64,000 nt of DNA from an uncultured Anaerolineales bacterium (lineage in GTDB: Bacteria > Chloroflexota > Anaerolineae > Anaerolineales > UBA11858), in contig CAYUXO010000001.1 of NCBI GenBank assembly GCA_964448865.1, forward strand, positions 4,747-68,746, in the 5' to 3' direction. Shown piece by piece: positions 41,599-52,018 of this stretch. Position 1 is the stretch's first letter. Each line of letters opens with the position of its first letter. The position numbers and the translations under genes were made by a program. Under the pieces are notes generated by a model. The model was not told where the DNA came from, made no database searches, and was given only the letters and a program-made list of their open reading frames with translations.

Positions 41599-42864
41599 AT
41601 GAGAAAGAAAAGTCTATGGTTAGTGGTAAGTCTGATGGTGATTGCGGCATTTGTCTTCACTGCCTGCCAGCCTGCGCCTGCTACGGAAGCACCCAAGGAA
41701 GAAGAGGCTGTGGTAGAAGAAGAGATGGAAGAAGAGGAAGCCGAAGGCGGCTTGCAGATTCCTGACGTTGAGGAAGGAAAATTCAATGTCGCCATAGTGA
41801 TGCTCAGCAACCATGATGATGGTGGCTGGTCGCAGGCACAGTGGGAAGGTATTAACTACCTCGAGGACAATCTGGACGGCGTGCATACTTCTTACCTGGA
41901 ATTGGTGGCAGAAGGTGCTGACTCCGAGCAGGTATTCCGCGCTCTGGCCCGTAAGGGCTTCGACTTGATCTTCGGTGGATCCTTTGGTTATATGGATTCC
42001 ATGGAAGTTGTCGCTGAGGAATTCCCCGAGATTGGTTTTGTTCATATTTCTGGTTACAAATTCAATGGAACCAACTTCGGCAACTTGTTTGGCGAAATGG
42101 AAGTGATGAAATATGTAGCCGGTATGATCTCGGGTTCCCGGGCCAAGGCAGATGGCGCCACCCGCGTTGGTGGTATGGCCACATTCCCCATCCCCGAAGA
42201 ATTCCGCTTGTTTAATGCCTTTGCATTGGGTGTTCAGGAGACCTGCCCCGAATGTGATGTTGACATTCGCTGGATCTTCACCTGGCACGATCCCATTGTT
42301 GAACGAGAAGGATCTGATTCCTTGTTCGATGCTGGCTCCCACGTTGTGATAACCGGAGCAGATACCCCGGCTTCCGCTTTAGCAGCAGCAGACCGCGAAG
42401 GTGTTTATGGTATCACCTATGACTGGGTTGGCTCCTGCACAATAGATGAGTGCCTGACCGCTCCTTACTGGGTTTGGGGACCAGTATTCGTTGGTGTTAC
42501 AGAACAGGTTATGGCTGGAACCTATCCATACATGGCCGATTACTTTGATGCCTCCACCGGCGGCGTTGGCCTGTACGGTTTGATGGAAGGACAGGAAATG
42601 CAGCCTGGTGTCGCCAGCCTTCCCGCTGAGGATCTGGCCAAAATTCAAGCTGTAATGGCTTCTGTTGCAGCAGGTGAATTCGATCGTTTTGATGTGTTTG
42701 CAGGACCCATCGTGGATATTGACGGCAACATTGTTGTTCCGGATGGCGAATTTATGACCCAGGCAGATATTGACCAGTTTGCGCCCGGCGCACCTGGTTT
42801 TGAAGCCACCTATGGTATGTACTGGTGGAATCAGAATATCGCAGCTGACCTGCCTGACCTCTAG
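41599..42864 (+). CDS. BMP-family (PnrA-like) ABC transporter substrate-binding lipoprotein
   Basis: ORF 41581..42864. ATG 41599 follows AGAGGAG. The signal plus lipobox is MRKKSLWLVVSLMVIAAFVFTAC, followed by an acidic linker. The BMP pattern is DGGWSQA...GFDLIFG... Confidence 0.8.
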   Translation: MRKKSLWLVVSLMVIAAFVFTACQPAPATEAPKEEEAVVEEEMEEEEAEGGLQIPDVEEGKFNVAIVMLSNHDDGGWSQAQWEGINYLEDNLDGVHTSYLELVAEGADSEQVFRALARKGFDLIFGGSFGYMDSMEVVAEEFPEIGFVHISGYKFNGTNFGNLFGEMEVMKYVAGMISGSRAKADGATRVGGMATFPIPEEFRLFNAFALGVQETCPECDVDIRWIFTWHDPIVEREGSDSLFDAGSHVVITGADTPASALAAADREGVYGITYDWVGSCTIDECLTAPYWVWGPVFVGVTEQVMAGTYPYMADYFDASTGGVGLYGLMEGQEMQPGVASLPAEDLAKIQAVMASVAAGEFDRFDVFAGPIVDIDGNIVVPDGEFMTQADIDQFAPGAPGFEATYGMYWWNQNIAADLPDL

Positions 42865-42873
42865 ATCTCACTG

Positions 42874-42906
42874 ATTTGGGTGACCAGAATATCTGGTCAC
42901 CCAAAT
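42874..42906 (+). promoter_or_regulatory. Perfect 15-bp stem hairpin between the SBP and ATPase genes (intra-operon stabiliser/attenuator)
   Basis: ATTTGGGTGACCAGAataTCTGGTCACCCAAAT. No T-run follows, so it is probably not a full terminator. Confidence 0.6.
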
Positions 42907-42969
42907 TCACCAGCAATTATTCCATTATTTTATATAACGCCAGATTAATCTCATACAAAGTGGTGGCTT

Positions 42970-44520
42970 ATGGTAAATGAACTTAACACCTCGGACCATG
43001 TAGTACTTATGAGGTCCATCACAAAACGATTTCCAGGTGTGATTGCCAATGACCAGGCTGATTTTGATCTTCGCAAAGGAGAGGTCCATGCTTTGTTAGG
43101 GGAAAATGGAGCTGGAAAAAGCACCCTGATGAATGTGTTGGCCGGTTTATACCGTGCGGAGAGCGGATCCATTTTTGTTCATGGCAAACAGGTTAATTTC
43201 GGGTCCCCCAGAGAAGCCATCAATGCCGGAATCGGCATGGTCCACCAGCATTTTATGCTGGTTCCGTCCCAATCAGTGACAGAAAATATACTTCTGGGAT
43301 TGAGTGAACCCCGTTTCCGAATGCGATTATCAGAATTTAATAAGAAGGTTGCTGACATAGCAGAACAATATGGATTGCACGTTGATCCTGATGCAAAGAT
43401 CTGGCAGCTTTCAGTCGGCGAGCAGCAGAGGGTTGAAATTCTAAAGATGCTTTACCGGGGAGCGGATGTGTTGATCATGGATGAACCTACAGCTGTGCTT
43501 GCTCCTACTGAAATCTCAGAATTATTTAATACTCTACGCTCAATGACCGATCAGGGCAAATCGATTGTGTTCATCAGTCACAAGCTCCAGGAAGTGATGG
43601 AGATCTCTGACCGGGTTACTGTTCTGCAGAAAGGAAAAGTATCTTCCAGCGGGATATACACCAAGGATGTATCGAGGGCTGAATTGGCGCATCTTATGGT
43701 CGGCCGGGAAGTGGTTTTCCGGGTGGAAAAGAAAGAAGTTCAAGCAGGAGAAACAGTTCTTGATGTAAAAGGCTTGAAAGCTATTAATGATAAGGGCATT
43801 CAGTCATTGAATGGTGTCAGTTTAAATGTTCGCCAAGGCGAAATTGTTGGATTGGCAGGTGTGGCTGGTAATGGACAGAACGAACTTGCTGAAGCCCTGG
43901 TTGGCTTAAGGGAAGTTACAGAAGGATCTATATCAGTAAATGAAAAAGATATCACCAATAAACCTGTCAAATTGGGCATCCGTCATGGTATATCATTGAT
44001 TCCAGCGGACCGAACCCTGGTGGGAACAGCTCCTAATCTAAGTGTGACCGATAACATGATCATGAAAAATTATGATCAACCACCAATTTCAAAGGGTTGG
44101 AGGGTGCTATCATCTGTAGCAGAGGATTATGCTTCGGAACTAAAAGAAGCTTATGACATCATTGTGCCATCTATAAATACTTCGGTCAGACTATTATCGG
44201 GGGGGAATCTTCAAAAAGTTATTCTTGCCAGAGAAATCTCCAGTGAACCAAAGTTAATGGTTGCTGTGCAGCCTACCAGGGGATTGGATGTTGGCGCAAT
44301 TGAGGGGGTGCAAAAGCTTCTTTTATCTCAACGAGAGTCCGGTGCTGCAATCTTACTGATATCAGAAGAACTCGAAGAATTATTAACCTTAAGTGATCGG
44401 ATTTATGTGATTTATGAAGGTGAGATTATGGGAGAAATCAGTGATGGAGATATCGATAAGATCGGCCAGATGATGACCGGTACTCCTCTCGAGCAAATTG
44501 AAGCAGAAGGAGGGAAATAA
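42970..44520 (+). CDS. ABC transporter ATP-binding protein with two fused NBDs (sugar/nucleoside type)
   Basis: GENGAGKST, LSVGEQQRVEI and LIMDEPT lie in the first half. GVAGNGQNEL, LSGGNLQKV and the D-loop lie in the second half. Confidence 0.9.
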   Translation: MVNELNTSDHVVLMRSITKRFPGVIANDQADFDLRKGEVHALLGENGAGKSTLMNVLAGLYRAESGSIFVHGKQVNFGSPREAINAGIGMVHQHFMLVPSQSVTENILLGLSEPRFRMRLSEFNKKVADIAEQYGLHVDPDAKIWQLSVGEQQRVEILKMLYRGADVLIMDEPTAVLAPTEISELFNTLRSMTDQGKSIVFISHKLQEVMEISDRVTVLQKGKVSSSGIYTKDVSRAELAHLMVGREVVFRVEKKEVQAGETVLDVKGLKAINDKGIQSLNGVSLNVRQGEIVGLAGVAGNGQNELAEALVGLREVTEGSISVNEKDITNKPVKLGIRHGISLIPADRTLVGTAPNLSVTDNMIMKNYDQPPISKGWRVLSSVAEDYASELKEAYDIIVPSINTSVRLLSGGNLQKVILAREISSEPKLMVAVQPTRGLDVGAIEGVQKLLLSQRESGAAILLISEELEELLTLSDRIYVIYEGEIMGEISDGDIDKIGQMMTGTPLEQIEAEGGK

Positions 44521-44521
44521 G

Positions 44522-45655
44522 ATGGCTGAGATCCCTTCAAATAAATCTGTTTCTGGTTGGAAATTCCCATTCCGTATCAAAATAGAGAACAGGATTGATA
44601 ATCCTCCCAAATGGCTGACACCAGTTCTTTCCTTAGGTGCAGTTGTTATCGCGTTATTAATTGGTGCCGTGGTGATCTGGTTGGGGGGTGGAAAACCCTG
44701 GGCAGCGTATACACACATCGCTAAGTATTCCCTCGGAAGTGTTGGTGTTCTCTCCGATACTTTGGTCAAGGCCATCCCGCTCATGCTGGTGGGTCTGGCT
44801 TGTTCAATAGCTTTCCGGATGAAACTCTGGAATATCGGGGCTGAGGGACAATTCTTCCTGGGTGCCTTCGGTGCCAGTATGGTGGTACTGCTGCCGGTGC
44901 TACCTATGGAAGCGCCCAAGTGGCAGTTTATCCTGGTCGCGGCAATATTCGGAATGATCTTTGGTGCTGCCTGGGGTTTTATACCGGGATTCCTGAAGGC
45001 TCGCTACAATGTCAATGAGATCATCTCCACCCTGATGATGAACTACATAGCAATCGAGTGGAATAACTATTTTATTTATGGAGTTTGGTCTGAGAGTGGA
45101 TTCCAGATGTCACGCATGTTCCAACGCAATGCCTGGCTGCCGCGTCTGTCGGACCTGGCCAAGAAATGGCCCTTCTTTAGTGGATTAACTACTCACATGG
45201 GTCTGGTATTCGCAATAATTGCTGCCATCATCCTGTGGGTTGTCTTGAATAAAAGCAGATGGGGATACGAAATTAGATTAATTGGCGATAATCCCAAAGC
45301 GGCAGAGTATGCAGGAATATCCATCAAAAAGAATATTGTGCTGGTTATGATGGTATCTGGTGCTTTGGCTGGATTGGCTGGATCATCTGAAATCATGGGG
45401 GTTGTTCACCGATTACAGGGACACATTTCCCCGGGGTATGGTTTTACCGGGATAATCATTGCCTGGCTGGCTAAACTCAATCCGCTGGCAGTGATCCTGG
45501 TATCGATTTTATTTGGGGCATTGATCCTGGCAGGAAGAGAGGTACAACCGGCTGGGATACCAACCTTAATCCAGGGACTAATTATGGTTTCCTTGATCGC
45601 GAGTGATTTCTTCTATCGAAATCGGGTCAGGATCATCCGGAAGGTGGAGGGTTAA
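44522..45655 (+). CDS. ABC transporter permease (BPD_transp_2 type)
   Basis: ORF 44498..45655. ATG 44522 follows GAAGGAGGG. It is polytopic and carries the NIGAEGQ motif. Confidence 0.85.
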   Translation: MAEIPSNKSVSGWKFPFRIKIENRIDNPPKWLTPVLSLGAVVIALLIGAVVIWLGGGKPWAAYTHIAKYSLGSVGVLSDTLVKAIPLMLVGLACSIAFRMKLWNIGAEGQFFLGAFGASMVVLLPVLPMEAPKWQFILVAAIFGMIFGAAWGFIPGFLKARYNVNEIISTLMMNYIAIEWNNYFIYGVWSESGFQMSRMFQRNAWLPRLSDLAKKWPFFSGLTTHMGLVFAIIAAIILWVVLNKSRWGYEIRLIGDNPKAAEYAGISIKKNIVLVMMVSGALAGLAGSSEIMGVVHRLQGHISPGYGFTGIIIAWLAKLNPLAVILVSILFGALILAGREVQPAGIPTLIQGLIMVSLIASDFFYRNRVRIIRKVEG

Positions 45656-45657
45656 TT

Positions 45658-46629
45658 ATGAATTTTATACTTATCTTGGCATCCGGTGTTGCAACTGGAA
45701 CCGTATTATTATATGCCACCGTAGGTGAAATATTTGCCGAGCGGTCCGGTGTATTAAACCTGGGTGTGGAAGGCATGATGTTAGTTGGGGCTATGTTTGC
45801 CTATAAGACTGCTGCTGCGACAGGTAATGCCTGGGTTGGTCTTCTTGTGGCAATGCTGGCTGCGGGTTTAATAAGTCAAATCCATGCTTTCATAACCATT
45901 ACCTTGCAGGCGGATCAGGTAATATCCGGCCTGGCACTCAACTTCCTTGCGGTCGGAATCAGCCTGGTTCTGGGAGAAGGTTTGACCAGCCTGCGGGATG
46001 TTGTTCCCCAACTGCCCAAGTTTTCCATTCCAGGACTGGCACAGATACCCTGGCTTGGGGGCATTTTCTTTAATAACCAAAGTATCATGGTTTATATTGG
46101 TTTCTTGTTCATACCCCTGGCCTGGTATTTTATCAACCGCACCCGGCCGGGTATGCATCTAAGGGCAGTAGGTGAATATCCTGCGGCTGCCGATACACTC
46201 GGTATCCGGGTATACCTGCTCCGGTATATGTATGTGTTTGTTGGTGGGTTACTGGCAGGAGTAGCAGGAGCTACCATCAGTCTTTCCATTTCACCTGGAT
46301 GGTTCGGTGGTTTAACAACAGCTGGTCAAGGCTGGATTGCCATTGGCCTGGTGATTTTTGCCCAGTGGAACCCGATCAGGGCTGCCTTCGGTGGATTCAC
46401 ATTTGGCGCGCTCAGGCGATTGGTGCTGGATCTCCAGGGGCCTGCCATGATACTTGGCATATCAAATCCCTTTTATACCAACATCAATTACGGCTTTTTC
46501 CTGAAAATGATACCTTATATCTTCACAGTTGTTTTCCTGGTGATCGGCATCCGTGAAGCGAACCGAAAACGAATCGGGACGCCAGCAGCTCTGGGTTTAC
46601 CCTATATCCGCGGTCAGCGCGGTTTGTAA
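45658..46629 (+). CDS. ABC transporter permease, second subunit
   Basis: It is polytopic, has the GVLNLGVEGMM motif, and starts 2 nt after the previous stop. Confidence 0.85.
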   Translation: MNFILILASGVATGTVLLYATVGEIFAERSGVLNLGVEGMMLVGAMFAYKTAAATGNAWVGLLVAMLAAGLISQIHAFITITLQADQVISGLALNFLAVGISLVLGEGLTSLRDVVPQLPKFSIPGLAQIPWLGGIFFNNQSIMVYIGFLFIPLAWYFINRTRPGMHLRAVGEYPAAADTLGIRVYLLRYMYVFVGGLLAGVAGATISLSISPGWFGGLTTAGQGWIAIGLVIFAQWNPIRAAFGGFTFGALRRLVLDLQGPAMILGISNPFYTNINYGFFLKMIPYIFTVVFLVIGIREANRKRIGTPAALGLPYIRGQRGL

Positions 46630-46632
46630 TCC

Positions 46633-48387
46633 ATGATCAGTTTATCCGAACGTAAAGACTTAATCAGGGCAGCCCTTGGTGAAGTACCGCTAGACCTGCG
46701 GATTGACCACGTCCAGGTTGTTAATGTATATACCGGGTCTATTGAACCAGGTAGTATTGGCATTAAAGACGGCAGGATTGTCACACCCTATGGGGTGGAT
46801 TATCAAGCCCGGGAAGTATATGACGCGGGGGGTCGATATGCTCTTCCTGGTTTCATTGATTCTCATGTTCATCTGGATTCAACTCTGGTAATTCCGGAAA
46901 ACCTTGGCCAATTACTGCTTCCCAGAGGGACAACTGTCATGCTTTCTGATCCGATGGAGATCGCCAATGTGGCTGGTCTTCCGGGGTTTAAGGCATTATT
47001 GAACTCTATCGATAAATTGGATTACCACATCTTGCTGGAGGTTTCCTCCCGTGTTCCAACAGCTCCGGGTTTAGAAACCACAGGTGGTGAACTTGATTTG
47101 CAGGATGTGAGTGAAATTCTCACCTGGCCTGAAGCTGTCAGCCTGGGCGAACTGGATCCATCCAAGATCCTGGAAATGCGGGATGAATATCTTCTTAAAA
47201 TAGAAGCCGCTTTAAAATTGGGAAAGATTTGCAATGGACATGCAGTTGGCCGAGTTGGCAAAGAACTTGTTGCCTATGCCTGTGGCGGGTTGGCTGACGA
47301 TCATGAATGTGTTGATTATAACGAAGCCCTGACCCGGCTGCGTCTGGGAATGGCAGTCCTGATCAGAGAGGGCAGCACGGAACGAAATTTGGACTTGATA
47401 TTAGAAGGGGTTGTCCGTGAGGGCACATATTCGCACCATCTGATGTTTTGCACTGATGATAAACATCCAGACGAGATCCTGGAAGAAGGCCATATTGATT
47501 TTATGGTTAACCGGGCTGTTGAACTTGGATTGACTCCTGTCCAGGCCATTCAGATGGCAACCATAAATGCGGCACAACATTTTCGAATTGAACATCTGGT
47601 AGGTTCACTTTCTCCCGCTCGCTGGGCAGATATCCTGCTTGTTGAAAATCTTCAACAAGTTAAGCCTGATAAAGTGTTTTTCAAGGGAAAATTAGTAGTT
47701 GAGGGTGGGACTTATGTCGGCTCCCTTCCCAAACCAGATTATCCTGATTGGTTATTTAACACAGTAAAACTAAAAGCTGGTAAAGATCCAACTGATTTCA
47801 TACTCGAACATGATCAGGAAAAAGCCCATGTTTGGGTGATAGATTTATTTCCAGACCAGATTATCAATACCAGGACAAAAGCGGAGCTTCCGGTCTTGAA
47901 CGGTGCCGTCCAGACTGATCCTGATCGGGACATCCTCAAGCTGGCTGTGGTGGAGCGGCACGGAAAGAATGGCAATATAGGGGTGAGCTTCGTAAAAGGT
48001 TTTGGACTAAAGAATGGTGCTCTGGCGTCCTCCATCGCCCATGATCACCATAACATCATAGTTGCCGGAACCAATGACAGGGACATGGCTATCTGCGTGG
48101 ATTCTATTGAAGAAATGCAGGGTGGTTTTGTGATTGTCTCTGAGGGAGAGGTGCTGGGAAAATTGGCCCTTCCTATCGGTGGTTTATTGAGCGAGGAACC
48201 GGTAGACAGCATTATTTCAGGCCTGGAGGAAATCAATCAGACCTACCATAAACTTGGTGGAACGCTTCCCGCACCCTTTATGACGATTTCATTTATCGGG
48301 CTGCCAACTGTTCCGGATCTGGGACTTTCTGATATGGGTTTGATTGATGTCCTTGCCCATAAGTTGATCAGTTCCTTTGTGGATTAG
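46633..48387 (+). CDS. Adenine deaminase (AdeC family), paralog 2
   Basis: 584 aa. It has LPGFIDSHVHLDS and the C-terminal VERHGKNGN...SIAHDHHNIIVAG. It starts 3 nt after the permease stop. Confidence 0.7.
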   Translation: MISLSERKDLIRAALGEVPLDLRIDHVQVVNVYTGSIEPGSIGIKDGRIVTPYGVDYQAREVYDAGGRYALPGFIDSHVHLDSTLVIPENLGQLLLPRGTTVMLSDPMEIANVAGLPGFKALLNSIDKLDYHILLEVSSRVPTAPGLETTGGELDLQDVSEILTWPEAVSLGELDPSKILEMRDEYLLKIEAALKLGKICNGHAVGRVGKELVAYACGGLADDHECVDYNEALTRLRLGMAVLIREGSTERNLDLILEGVVREGTYSHHLMFCTDDKHPDEILEEGHIDFMVNRAVELGLTPVQAIQMATINAAQHFRIEHLVGSLSPARWADILLVENLQQVKPDKVFFKGKLVVEGGTYVGSLPKPDYPDWLFNTVKLKAGKDPTDFILEHDQEKAHVWVIDLFPDQIINTRTKAELPVLNGAVQTDPDRDILKLAVVERHGKNGNIGVSFVKGFGLKNGALASSIAHDHHNIIVAGTNDRDMAICVDSIEEMQGGFVIVSEGEVLGKLALPIGGLLSEEPVDSIISGLEEINQTYHKLGGTLPAPFMTISFIGLPTVPDLGLSDMGLIDVLAHKLISSFVD

Positions 48388-48401
48388 CTGAGGTTAGAGT
48401 T

Positions 48402-49268
48402 ATGCAGGAATTTGGTTATCACAGACCGAGGACAATCTCAGAGTTAAAAGAACATCTTAGCCAATCAGGAGCACGAGTGTTGGCGGGTGGCACTGACATT
48501 ATTCCCAAAATGCGCCAGGGAAAATTTTCTGCGCCAATATTGATCGATACCAGCAGGATCGATTCACTTCATTTTATAGAAGATCTGGGTAATGAAATTG
48601 TTTTAGGTGCGCTTATTACTCACCAGGAAATTGCCGATTCTCCCCTGCTGTCTAATATTAATCCCGGGTTAAAGAAAGCAGCGGAGAGCATTGGTTGTGT
48701 TCAAACACGTTCAAGGGGAACATTAGGTGGCAACATAGCGAACGCATCTCCTGCCGCAGATACAATCCCGCCTCTATTGACATTTGATACTTCAGTTCTC
48801 CTTCAAAGCCTCACTGGTGAGCGCAGGCTCGCGCTTGAGGACTTTATCAAAGGACCAGGTGAGACGGATCTACAGATGGGAGAGTTTATTCACAGTGTAA
48901 GTTTTTCACCACTGAAAGGAAAATGGGGGTCTGATTTTATCAAAGTCAGAAAACGAAATGGCATGGCTATCTCAGTAGTCAATGTTTCGGCAGCTGTTGT
49001 TTTGGATGATGAGGGTTTATTCAAAGATGTCCGGATCGCATTGGGAGCTGTTGCTCCGGTAGTATTGCGCCTTCGGAAATCTGAAGAATTCCTACTGGGG
49101 GAAAAGCCTGCTCCTGAGATTTATGACAAAGTAGCCGAGGTCAGTCAGGAAGAAATCAATCCAATTTCGGACATCAGGTCATCAGAGGCGTATCGCCTGC
49201 ATTCAGCAGGGGTGATCCTGCGCCGGGTACTAGAGTCAGCTGTGGAACAGGCCAGGGGGAGAAATTAA
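48402..49268 (+). CDS. Molybdenum hydroxylase (xanthine dehydrogenase family) FAD-binding subunit
   Basis: AGGTDIIP, GTLGGNIANASPAADT and the CO-dehydrogenase flavoprotein C-terminal pattern are present. Confidence 0.85.
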   Translation: MQEFGYHRPRTISELKEHLSQSGARVLAGGTDIIPKMRQGKFSAPILIDTSRIDSLHFIEDLGNEIVLGALITHQEIADSPLLSNINPGLKKAAESIGCVQTRSRGTLGGNIANASPAADTIPPLLTFDTSVLLQSLTGERRLALEDFIKGPGETDLQMGEFIHSVSFSPLKGKWGSDFIKVRKRNGMAISVVNVSAAVVLDDEGLFKDVRIALGAVAPVVLRLRKSEEFLLGEKPAPEIYDKVAEVSQEEINPISDIRSSEAYRLHSAGVILRRVLESAVEQARGRN

Positions 49269-49747
49269 TGACTGAAATAACTGTGTCCTTCACCTTGAAC
49301 GGCAAAAAAACAACCTTGACCAGTATTCCGAATCGGACTTTACTGGATGTTCTGCGGGAGGACCTGGGATTAACAGGTGCAAAAGACGCCTGCGGCGGCG
49401 AGGGTGAATGCGGTGCCTGTACGGTATTACTGGATGGAAAACCGATCAATTCCTGCCTGGTATTCATTGGTCAAATTGAGGATGGAAACCTTATTACCAT
49501 TGAGGGATTGGCTTCAAAAGATCATTACCTTCCAATTCAACGGGCTTTTGTGGAAGCAGGTGCTGTTCAATGTGGTTACTGCACTCCTGGTGCTGTTCTA
49601 GCAGCCAAAGCGCTGCTTGATATTGATCCCAATCCATCAGATGAGGAAATCAGGGAAGGTTTATCAGGCAATTTGTGCCGCTGTACCGGGTATAACAAAA
49701 TGGTTGATGCGGTTCACCAGGTGATAAATGAGGCATCGAATGGCTGA
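49268..49747 (+). CDS. Molybdenum hydroxylase [2Fe-2S] subunit
   Basis: CGGEGECGACTVLLDG, NSCL, QCGYCTPG and CRCTGY are present. Confidence 0.9.
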   Translation: MTEITVSFTLNGKKTTLTSIPNRTLLDVLREDLGLTGAKDACGGEGECGACTVLLDGKPINSCLVFIGQIEDGNLITIEGLASKDHYLPIQRAFVEAGAVQCGYCTPGAVLAAKALLDIDPNPSDEEIREGLSGNLCRCTGYNKMVDAVHQVINEASNG

Positions 49748-51992
49748 TCAATACCAGGCTATTGGAAAGACAGAAACCCGTAAGGATGCCTGGGCCAAGG
49801 TATCTGGTAAAGCGCTCTATACAGCGGATATTCCAGTTGAAGGGCTAAGCTGCGGTTTGATCCTTCGATCACTCCACCACCACGCCCAGATCCTGGAAAT
49901 TGACACTTCTACTGCAATAAAAATGCCTGGTATTCAAGCTGTCTTAACTTCACAGGATATTCCTGGAGATAAAGTATTTGGCCCTCTAGTACAGGATCAG
50001 CCGTCCCTGGCGGTAGATGTTGTCAGGCACCTGGGAGAACCGGTAGTATTGATCATTGCTGAATCCCGGGAACAAGCTCAAGCTGCCAGTGCGAATATTC
50101 AAATTAACTATGAAATCCTTCCTGCCATCTTTGATCCGGTAGAAGCTGCAAAATCAGATTCTGCCAAGATTCACGATGATGGAAATATCTTATCGGAACT
50201 GCATGTTGACAGTGGTGATCTTAAGGCTGGATTTGAAGCAGCTGACCAGATCCTGGAAGATACTTATTACCTTCCCAGAATATCTCCCGGTTATATGGAA
50301 CCGGAAACATCCCTGGCTGTCTGGGAAGATGATCAATCCATCACTGTCTGGGTCAGCTCCCAGCATCCCTTTGTAGATCAGAGGTTCATATCAGCAGCCC
50401 TTGGCCTGCCGGTAGAAAAAGTCCGTGTGAAAAGTGCTGTGATTGGTGGAGCTTTTGGCGGCAAAGAGGACTCCAGCCTGGCAATCCTGGCTGCCCTGGG
50501 AGCCTGGGCAATTAAGGGCAATGTTAGATTAGTTAATTCCCGCCGGGAATCTTTTTTAGCCCATCCAAAAAGACATCCCGCTCAAATTAGATACAAATTG
50601 GGTGCGAAAACTGACGGGACAATTACCGCCCTGGAGGCCGAAGTCCATATGGACACCGGTGCCTATTCCTCCTATGGTCCGGCAGTAGCCATGATCCTGA
50701 CCGAAACACTTTCAGGGTCCTATCGGATTCCTAATGTTCACATTGATACCTATGTGGTTTATACCAATTCCCCCATCTCTGGTGCAATGCGCGGGTTTGG
50801 CAGTCCCCAGGCACATTTTGCAGTTGAGAGCGCCCTGGATATGATGGCAGAACAGCTTGGTCTGGATCCGATCCAGATCAGGGAGATCAATATTCTCAAA
50901 CCTGGGGATAAAGTATTTACAGGAGTGGCCTTAAACAATACAGCCAAAGCATTACCGGTTTGTTTGGAAAAAGCCGGGGAGCTAGTTAATCAATATAGGA
51001 AGATCGATCCTTCACCAGGAAAGGTTGCTGGCGTAGGTTTTGCTCTGGCTGCCCAGACTATGGGTCTGGGAGCTAATGTGCCGGATGACTCTACCCACAG
51101 GCTGGAATGGTCTCCGGATGGAAGAATTTTGATCCATCTGGGTGCGCCTGATCTGGGACAGGGTCTGGCCATGGCAGCAGAACAGGTCACAGCCGAGGTC
51201 ATGGGCATTCCTTATGACCTGGTAGAAACTCTTCCGTTGGATACATTGATCACACCTGATGGTAATGTTACCTGCGCTTCCCGGATGACCTATATGGCAG
51301 GTAATGCCTTGATGGATGCCTCGAGAACTTTGATCAAGGATTTGATCCATCATGCCAGCAGACTGCTGGAAATTCCTGAAGATGAACTGGTTTATCAGGA
51401 TGGAAATATCATCAAAGCTGATGGATCATCTGTTCCCGCAGTGGAATTTCTAAGCAGATTGGCAGAAGAATCCATCATATTGACAGCTGAAAGCACCTTC
51501 AGTTTCCCTTATCCTGAAGATACAACTCCACAACACCTGCCGATCGGTATGCCCCATGTGCTGTACTGTTTTGGCGCCCAGGTTGCCCGGGTGGAAGTTG
51601 ATCCGGATTTGGGAACTGTCGAGGTTACCCATTTCGCAGCTATCCATGATGTCGGTCAAGTGATCAGCCAGCCGGGTGTGGAAGGACAGATTGAGGGCGG
51701 CGTTGCAACAGGATTAGGCTATGCCCTGTTTGAAACCATGCTTCAGAAAGGCGACCACTGGGTGGATAGTTTTACTGAGTACCTGCTTCCCACAGCAGTA
51801 GATTTGCCGGTAAATTATCAGAATATCATTCTTGAGATCCCTGAAGCGAGTGGACCTTTTGGCGCTAAAGGTATCGGTGAGATTCCCCTGGTTCCAACAG
51901 CGCCTGCAGTGGCTAATGCCGTATATGATGCAGTTAAAGTCAGAGTAAATAGTCTGCCTATCACTCCTGAAAAAGTGTTGGGCTTGGTTTAG
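49740..51992 (+). CDS. Molybdenum hydroxylase (xanthine dehydrogenase family) molybdopterin-binding large subunit
   Basis: ORF 49728..51992. ATG 49740 overlaps the upstream stop. It has the Ald_Xan_dh a/b-hammerhead N-terminus (KVSGKALYTAD), GGAFGGK, and MRGFGSPQ-like AMRGFGSPQ. Confidence 0.88.
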   Translation: MADQYQAIGKTETRKDAWAKVSGKALYTADIPVEGLSCGLILRSLHHHAQILEIDTSTAIKMPGIQAVLTSQDIPGDKVFGPLVQDQPSLAVDVVRHLGEPVVLIIAESREQAQAASANIQINYEILPAIFDPVEAAKSDSAKIHDDGNILSELHVDSGDLKAGFEAADQILEDTYYLPRISPGYMEPETSLAVWEDDQSITVWVSSQHPFVDQRFISAALGLPVEKVRVKSAVIGGAFGGKEDSSLAILAALGAWAIKGNVRLVNSRRESFLAHPKRHPAQIRYKLGAKTDGTITALEAEVHMDTGAYSSYGPAVAMILTETLSGSYRIPNVHIDTYVVYTNSPISGAMRGFGSPQAHFAVESALDMMAEQLGLDPIQIREINILKPGDKVFTGVALNNTAKALPVCLEKAGELVNQYRKIDPSPGKVAGVGFALAAQTMGLGANVPDDSTHRLEWSPDGRILIHLGAPDLGQGLAMAAEQVTAEVMGIPYDLVETLPLDTLITPDGNVTCASRMTYMAGNALMDASRTLIKDLIHHASRLLEIPEDELVYQDGNIIKADGSSVPAVEFLSRLAEESIILTAESTFSFPYPEDTTPQHLPIGMPHVLYCFGAQVARVEVDPDLGTVEVTHFAAIHDVGQVISQPGVEGQIEGGVATGLGYALFETMLQKGDHWVDSFTEYLLPTAVDLPVNYQNIILEIPEASGPFGAKGIGEIPLVPTAPAVANAVYDAVKVRVNSLPITPEKVLGLV

Positions 51993-52018
51993 TTTTCTTC
52001 AAAGGAGATACAAAACGA

